This document shows positions 24,101 through 36,100 of a stretch of 64,000 bases of DNA, in pieces. Every line of letters begins with the position of its first letter. Within the stretch, counting starts at the first letter, position 1. A program made the position numbers and the translations under genes. Origin of the DNA: Eledone cirrhosa. Lineage: Eukaryota. Where the stretch lies: positions 9,114,001 through 9,178,000 of the forward strand of contig OZ024760.1 in assembly GCA_964016885.1 (NCBI GenBank), in the 5' to 3' direction. The notes beneath the pieces are model-generated. The model ran no database searches, was not told where the DNA came from, and saw only the letters and a program-made list of their open reading frames with translations.

Positions 24101-27100
24101 TGTGTAGAAGGTGCATTGAAGTAGGGTGTAAAGTGTGTAGAAGGGGCATTGAAGTAGGATGTAAAGTGTGTAGTAGGTGCATTGAAGTAGGGTGTAAAGT
24201 GTGTAGAAGGTGCATTGAAGTAGGGTGTAAAGTGTGTAGAAGGTGCATTGAAGTAGGGTGTAAAGTGTGTAGAAGGTGCATTGAAGTAGGGTGTAAAGTA
24301 TGTAGAAGGTGCATTGAAGTAGGATGTAAAGTGTGTAGAAGGGGCATTGAAGTAGGATGTAAAGTGTGTAGAAGGGGCATTGAAGTAGGGTGTAAAGTGT
24401 GTAGAAGGTGCATTGAAGTAGGATGTAAAGTGTGTAGAAGGTGCATTGAAGTAGGATGTAAAGTATGTAGAAGGTGCATTGAAGTAGGGTGTAAAGTGTG
24501 TAGAAGGTGCATTGAAGTAGTGTGTAGAAGATGCATTGAAGTAGGATGTAAAGTGTGTAGAAGGGGCATTGAAGTAGGATGTAAAGTGTGTAGAAGGTGC
24601 ATTGAAGTAGGATGTAAAGTGTGTAGAAGGTGCATTGAAGTAGGATGTAAAGTGTGTAGAAGGTGCATTGAAGTAGGATGTAAAGTGTGTAGAAGGGGCA
24701 TTGAAGTAGGATGTAAAGTGTGTAGAAGGGGCATTGAAGTAGGATGTAAAGTGTGTAGAAAGTGCATTGAAGTAGGATGTAAAGTGTGTAGAAGGGGCAT
24801 TGAAGTAGGGTGTAAAGTGTGTAGAAGGGGCATTGAAGTAGGATGTAAAGTGTGTAGAAGGTGCATTGAAGTAGGATGTAAAGTGTGTAGAAGGGGCATT
24901 GAAGTAGGATGTAACGTGTGTAGAAGGTGCATTGAAGCAGGGTGTAAAGTGTGTAGAAGGGGCATTGAAGTAGGGTGTAAAGTGTGTAGAAGGTGCATTG
25001 AAGTAGGATGTAAAGTGTGTAGAAGGTGCATTGAAGTAGGGTGTAAAGTGTGTAGAAGGTGCATTGAAGTAGGGTGTAAAGTGTGTAGAAGGGGCATTGA
25101 AGTAGGATGTAAAGTGTGTAGAAGATGCATTGAAGTAGGCTGTAAAGTGTGTAGAAGGGGCATTGAAGTAGGGTGTAAAGTGTGTAGAAGGTGCATTGAA
25201 GTAGGATGTAAAGTGTGTAGAAGGTGCATTGAAGTAGGATGTAAAGTGTGTAGAAGGTGCATTGAAGTAGGGTGTAAAGTGTGTAGAAGGGGCATTGAAG
25301 TAGGGTGTAAAGTGTGTAGAAGGGGCATTGAAGTAGGATGTAAAGTGTGTAGAAGGGGCATTGAAGTAGGGTGTAAAGTGTGTAGAAGGTGTATTGAAGT
25401 AGGATGTAAACTGTGTAGAAGGTGCATTGAAGTAGGATGTAAAGTATGTAGAAGGTGCATTGAAGTAGGGTGTAAAGTGTGTAGAAGGTGTATTGAAGTA
25501 GGATGTAAAGTATGTAGAAGGTGCATTGAAGTAGGATGTAAAGTGTGTAGAAGGTGCATTGAATTAGGGTGTAAAGTGTGTAGAAGGTGCATTGAAGTAG
25601 GGTGTAAAGTGTGTAGAAGGTGCATTGAAGTAGGGTGTAAAGTGTGTAGAAGGTGCATTGAAGTAGGGTGTAAAGTGTGTAGAAGGTGCATTGAAGTAGG
25701 GTGTAAAGTGTGTAGAAGGTGCATTGAAGTAGGGTGTAAAGTGTGTAGAAGGTGCATTGAAGTAGGATGTAAAGTATGTAGAAGGTGCATTGAAGTAGGA
25801 TGTAAAGTGTGTAGAAGGGGCATTGAAGTAGGATGTAAAGTGTGTAGAAGGGGCATTGAAGTAGGATGTAAAGTCTGTAGAAGGTGCATTGAAGTAGGGT
25901 GTAAAGTGTGTAGAAGGGGCATTGAAGTAGGATGTAAAGTGTGTAGAAGGTGCATTGAAGTAGGGTGTAAAGTGTGTAGAAGGTGCATTGAAGTAGGGTG
26001 TAAAGTGTGTAGAAGGGGCATTGAAGTAGGATGTAAAGTGTGTAGTAGGTGCATTGAAGTAGGGTGTAAAGTGTGTAGAAGGTGCATTGAAGTAGGGTGT
26101 AAAGTGTGTAGAAGGTGCATTGAAGTAGGGTGTAAAGTGTGTAGAAGGTGCATTGAAGTAGGGTGTAAAGTATGTAGAAGGTGCATTGAAGTAGGATGTA
26201 AAGTGTGTAGAAGGGGCATTGAAGTAGGATGTAAAGTGTGTAGAAGGGGCATTGAAGTAGGGTGTAAAGTGTGTAGAAGGTGCATTGTAGTAGGATGTAA
26301 AGTGTGTAGAAGGTGCATTGAAGTAGGATGTAAAGTATGTAGAAGGTGCATTGAAGTAGGGTGTAAAGTGTGTAGAAGGTGCATTGAAGTAGTGTGTAGA
26401 AGATGCATTGAAGTAGGATGTAAAGTGTGTAGAAGGGGCATTGAAGTAGGATGTAAAGTGTGTAGAAGGTGCATTGAAGTAGGATGTAAAGTGTGTAGAA
26501 GGTGCATTGAAGTAGGATGTAAAGTGTGTAGAAGGTGCATTGAAGTAGGATGTAAAGTGTGTAGAAGGGGCATTGAAGTAGGATGTAAAGTGTGTAGAAG
26601 GGGCATTGAAGTAGGATGTAAAGTGTGTAGAAAGTGCATTGAAGTAGGATGTAAAGTGTGTAGAAGGGGCATTGAAGTAGGGTGTAAAGTGTGTAGAAGG
26701 GGCATTGAAGTAGGATGTAAAGTGTGTAGAAGGTGCATTGAAGTAGGATGTAAAGTGTGTAGAAGGGGCATTGAAGTAGGATGTAACGTGTGTAGAAGGT
26801 GCATTGAAGTAGGGTGTAAAGTGTGTAGAAGGGGCATTGAAGTAGGGTGTAAAGTGTGTAGAAGGTGCATTGAAGTAGGATGTAAAGTGTGTAGAAGGTG
26901 CATTGAAGTAGGGTGTAAAGTGTGTAGAAGGTGCATTGAAGTAGGGTGTAAAGTGTGTAGAAGGGGCATTGAAGTAGGGTGTAAAGTGTGTAGAAGGGGC
27001 ATTGAAGTAGGATGTAAAGTGTGTAGAAGGTGCATTGAAGTAGGCTGTAAAGTGTGTAGAAGGGGCATTGAAGTAGGGTGTAAAGTGTGTAGAAGGTGCA

Positions 27101-30100
27101 TTGAAGTAGGATGTAAAGTGTGTAGAAGGTGCATTGAAGTAGGATGTAAAGTGTGTAGAAGGTGCATTGAAGTAGGGTGTAAAGTGTGTAGAAGGGGCAT
27201 TGAAGTAGGGTGTAAAGTGTGTAGAAGGGGCATTGAAGTAGGATGTAAAGTGTGTAGAAGAGGCATTGAAGTAGGGTGTAAAGTGTGTAGAAGGGGCATT
27301 GAAGTAGGATGTAAAGTGTGTAGAAGGGGCATTGAAGTAGGATGTAAAGTGTGTAGAAGGGGCATTGAAGTAGGATGTAAAGTGTGTAGAAGGTGCATTG
27401 AAGTAGGATGTAAAGTGTGTAGAAGGGGCATTGAAGTAGGATGTAAAGTGTGTAGAAGGGGCATTGAAGTAGGATGTAAAGTGTGTAGAAGGTGCATTGA
27501 AGTAGGATGTAAAGTGTGTAGAAGGGGCATTGAAGTAGGATGTAAAGTGTGTAGAAGGGGCATTGAAGTAGGATGTAAAGTGTGTAGAAGGTGCATTGAA
27601 GTAGGATGTAAAGTGTGTAGAAGGTGCATTGAAGTAGGGTGTAAAGTGTGTAGAAGGTGCATTGAAGTAGGATGTAAAGTGTGTAGAAGGGGCATTGAAG
27701 TAGGATGTAAAGTGTGTAGAAGGGGCATTGAAGTAGGATGTAAAGTGTGTAGAAGGGGCATTGAAGTAGGATGTAAAGTGTGTAGAAGGTGCATTGAAGT
27801 AGGATGTAAAGTGTGTAGAAGGGGCATTGAAGTAGGATGTAAAGTGTGTAGAAGGGGCATTGAAGTAGGGTGTAAAGTGTGTAGAAGGTGCATTGAAGTA
27901 GGATGTAAAGTGTGTAGAAGGTGCATTGAAGTAGGATGTAAAGTGTGTAGAAGGTGCATTGAAGTAGGGTGTAAAGTGTGTAGAAGGGGCATTGAAGTAG
28001 GGTGTAAAGTGTGTAGAAGGGGCATTGAAGTAGGATGTAAAGTGTGTAGAAGGGGCATTGAAGTAGGGTGTAAAGTGTGTAGAAGGGGCATTGGAGCAGG
28101 GTGTAAAGTGTGTAGAAGGTGCATTGAAGTAGGATGTAAAGTGTGTAGAAGGGGCATTGAAGTAGGATGTAAAGTGTGTAGAAGGGGCATTGAAGAAGGA
28201 TGTAAGTGTGTAGAAGGGGCATTGAAGTAGGATGTAAAGTGTGTAGAAGGTGCATTGAAGTAGGGTGTAAAGTGTGTAGAAGGTGCATTGAAGTAGGATG
28301 TAAAGTGTGTAGAAGGGGCATTGAAGTAGGATGTAAAGTGTGTAGAAGGGGCATTGAAGTAGGGTGTAAAGTGTGTAGAAGGTGCATTGAAGTAGGATGT
28401 AAAGTGTGTAGAAGGGGCATTGAAGTAGGATGTAAAGTGTGTAGAAGGGGCATTGAAGAAGGATGTAAAGTGTGTAGAAGGTGCATTGAAGTAGGATGTA
28501 AAGTGTGTAGAAGGGGCATTGAAGTAGGATGTAAAGTGTGTAGAAGGTGCATTGAAGTAGGGTGTAAAGTGTGTAGAAGGGGCATTGAAGTAGGATGTAA
28601 AGTGTGTAGAAGGTGCATTGAAGTAGGATGTAAAGTGTGTAGAAGGGGCATTGAAGTAGGATGTAAAGTGTGTAGAAGGTGCATTGAAGTAGGGTGTAAA
28701 GTGTGTAGAAGGGGCATTGAAGTAGGATGTAAAGTGTGTAGAAGGTGCATTGAAGTAGGATGTAAAGTGTGTAGAAGGTGCATTGAAGTAGGATGTAAAG
28801 TGTGTAGAAGATGCATTGAAGTAGGATGTAAAGTGTGTAGAAGGTGCATTGAAGTAGGGTGTAAAGTGTGTAGAAGGTGCATTGAAGTAGGATGTAAAGT
28901 GTGTAGAAGGGGCATTGAAGTAGGATGTAAAGTGTGTAGAAGGGGCATTGAAGTAGGATGTAAAGTGTGTAGAAGGTGCATTGAAGTAGGATGTAAAGTG
29001 TGTAGAAGGGGCATTGAAGTAGGATGTAAAGTGTGTAGAAGGGGCATTGAAGAAGGATGTAAAGTGTGTAGAAGGGGCATTGAAGTAGGATGTAAAGTGT
29101 GTAGAAGGTGCATTGAAGTAGGATGTAAAGTGTGTAGAAGGTGCATTGAAGTAGGGTGTAAAGTGTGTAGAAGGGGCATTGAAGTAGGATGTAAAGTGTG
29201 TAGAAGGTGCATTGAAGTAGGATGTAAAGTGTGTAGAAGATGCATTGAAGTAGGATGTAAAGTGTGTAGAAGGTGCATTGAAGTAGGGTGTAAAGTGTGT
29301 AGAAGGTGCATTGAAGTAGGATGTAAAGTGTGTAGAAGGGGCATTGAAGTAGGATGTAAAGTGTGTAGAAGGGGCATTGAAGTAGGATGTAAAGTGTGTA
29401 GAAGGTGCATTGAAGTAGGGTGTAAAGTGTGTAGAAGGTGCATTGAAGTAGGGTGTAAAGTGTGTAGAAGGTGCATTGAAGTAGGGTGTAAAGTGTGTAG
29501 AAGGTGCATTGAAGTAGGATGTAAAGTATGTAGAAGGTGCATTGAAGTAGGATGAAAAGTATGTAGAAGGTGCATTGAAGTAGGATGTAAAGTATGTAGA
29601 AGGTGCATCGAAGTAGGGTGTAAAGTGTGTAGAAGGTGCATCGAAGTAGGATGTAAAGTGTGTAGAAGGTGCATTGAAGTAGGATGTAAAGTATGTAGAA
29701 GGTGCATTGATGCAGGATGTAAAGTGTGTAGAAGGTGCATTGAAGTAGGATGTAAAGTATGTAGAAGGTGCATTGAAGTAGGATGTAAAGTGTGTAGAAG
29801 GTGCATCGAAGTAGGGTGTAAAGTGTGTAGAAGGTGCATCGAAGTAGGAGGTAAAGTGTGTAGAAGGTGCATTGAAGTAGGATGTAAAGTATGTAGATGG
29901 TGCATTGATGCAGGATGTAAAGTGTGTAGAAGGTGCATTGAAGTAGGATGTAAAGTGTGTAGAAGGTGCATCGAAGTAGGATGTAAAGTGTGTAGAAGGT
30001 GCATTGAAGTAGGATGTAAAGTGTGTAGAAGGTGCATTGAAGTAGGATGTAAAGTGTGTAGAAGGTGCATTGAAGTAGGATGTAAAGTGTGTAGAAGGTG

Positions 30101-33100
30101 CATTGAAGTAGGATGTAAAGTGTGTAGAAGGTGCATCGAAGTAGGATGTAAAGTGTGTAGAAGGTGCATTGAAGTAGGATGTAAAGTGTGTAGAAGGTAC
30201 ATTGAAGTAGGATGTAAAGTGTGTAGAAGGTGCATTGAAGTAGGATGTAAAGTGTGTAGAAGGTGCATTGAAGTAGGATGTAAAGTGTGTAGAAGGTGCA
30301 TTGAAGTGGGATGTAAAGTGTGTAGAAGGTGCATTGAAGTAGGATGTAAAGTGTGTAGAAGGTGCATTGAAGTGGGATGTAAAGTGTGTAGAAGGTGCAT
30401 TGAAGTAGGATGTAAAGTGTGTAGAAGGTGCATCGAAGTAGGATGTAAACTGTGTAGAAGGTGCATTGAAGTAGGATGTAAAGTGTGTAGAAGGTGCATT
30501 GAAGTAGGATGTAAAGTGTGTAGAAGGTGCATTGAAGTAGGATGTAAAGTGTATAGAAGGTGCATTGAAGTAGGATGTAAAGTGTGTAGAAGGTGCATTG
30601 AAGTAGGATGTAAAGTGTGTAGAAGGTGCATTGAAGTAGGATTAAAGTGTGTAGAAGGTGCATTGAAGTAGGATGTAAAGTGTGTAGAAGGTGCATTGAT
30701 GCAGGATGTAAAGTGTGTAGAAGGTGCATTGAAGTAGGATGTAAAGTGTGTAGAAGGTGCATTCAAGTAGGATGTAAAGTGTGTAGAAGGTGCATTGAAG
30801 TAGGATGTAAAGTGTGTAGAAGGTGCATTGAAGTAGGATGTAAAGTGTGTAGAAGGTGCATTGAAGTAGGATGTAAAGTATGTAGAAGGTGCATTGAAGT
30901 AGGATGTAAAGTATGTAGAAGGTGCATCGAAGTAGGGTGTAAAGTGTGTAGAAGGTGCATTGAAGTAGGATGTAAAGTATGTAGAAGGTGCATCAAAGTA
31001 GGGTGTAAAGTGTGTAGAAGGTGCATCGAAGTAGGATGTAAAGTGTGTAGAAGGTGCATTGAAGTAGGATGTAAAGTGTGTAGAAGGTGCATCGAAGTAG
31101 GGTGTAAAGTGTGTAGAAGGTGCATTGAAGTAGGATGTAAAGTGTGTAGAAGGTGCATTGAAGTAGGATGTAAAGTATGTAGAAGGTGCATTGATGCAGG
31201 ATGTAAAGTGTGTAGAAGGTGCATTGAAGTAGGATGTAAAGTATGTAGAAGGTGCATTGAAGTAGGATGTAAAGTGTGTAGAAGGTACATCGAAGTAGGG
31301 TGTAAAGTGTGTAGAAGGTGCATCGAAGTAGGATGTAAAGTGTGTAGAAGGTGCATTGAAGTAGGATGTAAAGTATGTAGAAGGTGCATTGATGCAGGAT
31401 GTAAAGTGTGTAGAAGGTGCATTGAAGTAGGATGTAAAGTGTGTAGAAGGTGCATCGAAGTAGGATGTAAAGTGTGTAGAAGGTGCATTGAAGTAGGATG
31501 TAAAGTGTGTAGAAGGTGCATTGAAGTAGGATGTAAAGTGTGTAGAAGGTGCATTGAAGTAGGATGTAAAGTATGTAGAAGGTGCATTGAAGTAGGGTGT
31601 AAAGTGTGTAGAAGGTGCATTGAAGTAGGATGTAAAGTGTGTAGAAGGTGCATTGAAGTAGGATGTAAAGTGTGTAGAAGGTGCATTGAAGTAGGATGTA
31701 AAGTGTGTAGAAGGTGCATTGAAGTAGGGTGTAAAGTGTGTAGAAGGTGCATTGAAGTAGGATGTAAAGTGTGTAGAAGGTGCATTGAAGTAGGATGTAA
31801 AGTGTGTAGAAGGTGCATTGAAGTAGGATGTAAAGTATGTAGAAGGTGCATTGAAGTAGGGTGTAAAGTGTGTAGAAGGTGCATTGAAGTAGGATGTAAA
31901 GTGTGTAGAAGGTGCATTGAAGTAGGATGTAAAGTGTGTAGAAGGTGCATTGAAGTAGGATGTAAAGTGTGTAGAAGGTGCATTGAAGTAGGATGTAAAG
32001 TGTGTAGAAGGTGCATTGAAGTAGGGTGTAAAGTGTGTAGAAGGTGCATTGAAGTAGGATGTAAAGTATGTAGAAGGTGCATTGAAGTAGGATGTAAAGT
32101 GTGTAGAAGGTGCATTGAAGTAGGATGTAAAGTGTGTAGAAGGTGCATTGAAGTAGGATGTAAAGTGTGTAGAAGGTGCATTGAAGTAGGATGTAAAGTA
32201 TGTAGAAGGTGCATTGAAGTAGGATGTAAAGTGTGTAGAAGGTGCATCGAAGTAGGGTGTAAAGTGTGTAGAAGGTGCATTGAAGTAGGGTGTAAAGTGT
32301 GTAGAAGGTGCATTGAAGTAGGGTGTAAAGTGTGTAGAAGGTGCATTGAAGTAGGATGTAAAGTGTGTAGAAGGTGCATTGAAGTAGGATGTAAAGTGTG
32401 TAGAAGGTGCATTGAAGTAGGATGTAAAGTGTGTAGAAGGTGCATTGAAGTAGGATGTAAAGTGTGTAGAAGGTGCATTGATGCAGGATGTAAAGTGTGT
32501 AGAAGGTGCATTGAAGTAGGATGTAAAGTGTGTAGAAGGTGCATTGAAGTAGGATGTAAAGTGTGTAGAAGGTGCATTGAAGTAGGATGTAAAGTGTGTA
32601 GAAGGTGCATTGAAGTAGGATGTAAAGTATGTAGAAGGTGCATCGAAGTAGGGTGTAAAGTGTGTAGAAGGTGCATTGAAGTAGGATGTAAAGTATGTAG
32701 AAGGTGCATCGAAGTAGGGTGTAAAGTATGTAGAAGGTGCATTGAAGTAGGATGTAAAGTATGTAGAAGGTGCATCGAAGTAGGGTGTAAAGTGTGTAGA
32801 AGTTGCATCGAAGTAGGATGTAAAGTGTGTAGAAGGTGCATTGAAGTAGGATGTAAAGTATGTAGAAGGTGCATTGAAGTAGGATGTAAAGTATGTAGAA
32901 GGTGCATTGAAGTAGGATGTAAAGTATGTAGAAGGTGCATCGAAGTAGGGTGTAAAGTGTGTAGAAGGTGCATCGAAGTAGGATGTAAAGTGTGTAGAAG
33001 GTGCATTGAAGTAGGATGTAAAGTATGTAGAAGGTGCATTGATGCAGCATGTAAAGTGTGTAGAAGGTGCATTGAAGTAGGATGTAAAGTATGTAGAAGG

Positions 33101-36100
33101 TGCATTGAAGTAGGATGTAAAGTGTGTAGAAGGTGCATCGAAGTAGGGTGTAAAGTGTGTAGAAGGTGCATCGAAGTAGGATGTAAAGTGTGTAGAAGGT
33201 GCATTGAAGTAGGATGTAAAGTATGTAGAAGGTGCATTGATGCAGGATGTAAAGTGTGTAGAAGGTGCATTGAAGTAGGATGTAAAGTGTGTAGAAGGTG
33301 CATCGAAGTAGGATGTAAAGTGTGTAGAAGGTGCATTGAAGTAGGATGTAAAGTGTGTAGAAGGTGCATTGAAGTAGGATGTAAAGTGTGTAGAAGGTGC
33401 ATTGAAGTAGGATGTAAAGTGTGTAGAAGGTGCATTGAAGTAGGATGTAAAGTGTGTAGAAGGTGCATCGAAGTAGGATGTAAAGTGTGTAGAAGGTGCA
33501 TTGAAGTAGGATGTAAAGTGTGTAGAAGGTACATTGAAGTAGGATGTAAAGTGTGTAAAAGGTGCATTGAAGTAGGATGTAAAATGTGTAGAAGGTGCAT
33601 TGAAGTAGGATGTAAAGTGTGTAGAAGGTGCATTGAAGTGGGATGTAAAGTGTGTAGAAGGTGCATTGAAGTAGGATGTAAAGTGTGTAGAAGGTGCATT
33701 GAAGTAGGATGTAAAGTGTGTAGAAGGTGCATTGAAGTAGGATGTAAAGTGTGTAGAAGGTGCATTGAAGTAGGATGTAAAGTATGTAGAAGGTGCATCG
33801 AAGTAGGGTGTAAAGTATGTAGAAGGTGCATTGAAGTAGGATGTAATGTGTGTAGAAGGTGCATTGAAGTAGGATTAAAGTGTGTAGAAGGTGCATTGAA
33901 GTAGGATGTAAAGTGTGTAGAAGGTGCATTGATGCAGGATGTAAAGTGTGTAGAACGTGCATTGAAGTAGGATGTAAAGTGTGTAGAAGGTGCATTGAAG
34001 TAGGATGTAAAGTGTGTAGAAGGTGCATTGAAGTAGGATGTAAAGTGTGTAGAAGGTGCATTGAAGTAGGATGTAAAGTGTGTAGAAGGTGCATTGAAGT
34101 AGGATGTAAAGTATGTAGAAGGTGCATCGAAGTAGGGTGTAAAGTATGTAGAAGGTGCATTGAAGTAGGATGTAAAGTATGTAGAAGGTGCATCGAAGTA
34201 GGGTGTAAAGTGTGTAGAAGGTGCATTGAAGTAGGATGTAAAGTATGTAGAAGGTGCATCAAAGTAGGGTGTAAAGTGTGTAGAAGGTGCATCGAAGTAG
34301 GATGTAAAGTGTGTAGAAGGTGCATTGAAGTAGGATGTAAAGTGTGTAGAAGGTGCATCGAAGTAGGGTGTAAAGTGTGTAGAAGGTGCATTGAAGTAGG
34401 ATGTAAAGTGTGTAGAAGGTGCATTGAAGTAGGATGTAAAGTATGTAGAAGGTGCATTGAAGTAGGATGTAAAGTATGTAGAAGGTGCATTGAAGTAGGA
34501 TGTAAAGTGTGTAGAAGGTGCATCGAAGTAGGGTGTAAAGTGTGTAGAAGGTGCATTGAAGTAGGGTGTAAAGTGTGTAGAAGGTGCATTGAAGTAGGAT
34601 GTAAAGTATGTAGAAGGTGCATTGAAGTAGGATGTAAAGTATGTAGAAGGTGCATTGATGCAGGATGTAAAGTGTGTAGAAGGTGCATTGAAGTAGGATG
34701 TAAAGTATGTAGAAGGTGCATTGAAGTAGGATGTAAAGTGTGTAGAAGGTGCATCGAAGTAGGGTGTAAAGTGTGTAGAAGGTGCATCGAAGTAGGATGT
34801 AAAGTGTGTAGAAGGTGCATTGAAGTAGGATGTAAAGTATGTAGAAGGTGCATTGATGCAGGATGTAAAGTGTGTAGAAGGTGCATTGAAGTAGGATGTA
34901 AAGTATGTAGAAGGTGCATCGAAGTAGGATGTAAAGTGTGTAGAAGGTGCATTGAAGTAGGATGTAAAGTGTGTAGAAGGTGCATTGAAGTAGGATGTAA
35001 AGTATGTAGAAGGTGCATTGAAGTAGGATGTAAAGTGTGTAGAAGGTGCATTGAAGTAGGGTGTAAAGTGTGTAGAAGGTGCATTGAAGTAGGATGTAAA
35101 GTATGTAGAAGGTGCATTGAAGTAGGATGTAAAGTGTGTAGAAGGTGCATTGAAGTAGGATGTAAAGTGTGTAGAAGGTGCATTGAAGTAGGATGTAAAG
35201 TGTGTAGAAGGTGCATTGAAGTAGGATGTAAAGTATGTAGAAGGTGCATTGAAGTAGGATGTAAAGTGTGTAGAAGGTGCATCGAAGTAGGGTGTAAAGT
35301 GTGTAGAAGGTGCATTGAAGTAGGGTGTAAAGTGTGTAGAAGGTGCATTGAAGTAGGGTGTAAAGTGTGTAGAAGGCGCATTGAAGTAGGATGTAAAGTG
35401 TGTAGAAGGTGCATTGAAGTAGGATGTAAAGTGTGTAGAAGGTGCATCGAAGTAGGATGTAAAGTGTGTAGAAGGTGCATCGAAGTAGGATGTAAAGTGT
35501 GTAGAAGGTGCATCGAAGTAGGATGTAAAGTGTGTAGAAGGTGCATCGAAGTAGGATGTAAAGTGTGTAGAAGGTGCATTGAAGTAGGATGTAAAGTATG
35601 TAGAAGGTGCATTGAAGTAGGATGTAAAGTGTGTAGAAGGTGCATTGAAGTAGTATGTAAAGTATGTAGAAGGTGCATTGAAGTAGGGTGTAAAGTGTGT
35701 AGAAGGGGCATTGAAGTAGGGTGTAAAGTGTGTAGAAGGTGCTAGAAGTAGGATGTAGAGTGTGTAGAAGGTGCATTGAAGTAGGATGTAAAGTGTGTAG
35801 GAGGTGCATTGAAGTAGGGTGTAAAGTGTGTAGAAGGTGCATTGAAGTAGGATGTAAAGTGTGTAGAAGGTGCATTGAAGTAGGATGTAAAGTGTGTAGG
35901 AGGTGCATTGAAGTAGGGTGTAAAGTGTGTAGAAGGTGCATTGAAGTAGGATGTAAAGTATGTAGAAGGTGCATTGAAGTAGGGTGTAAAGTGTGTAGAA
36001 GGTGCATTGAAGTAGGATGTAAAGTATGTAGAAGGTGCATTGAAGTAGGGTGTAAAGTGTGTAGAAGGTGCATTGAAGTAGGATGTAAACTGTGTAGAAG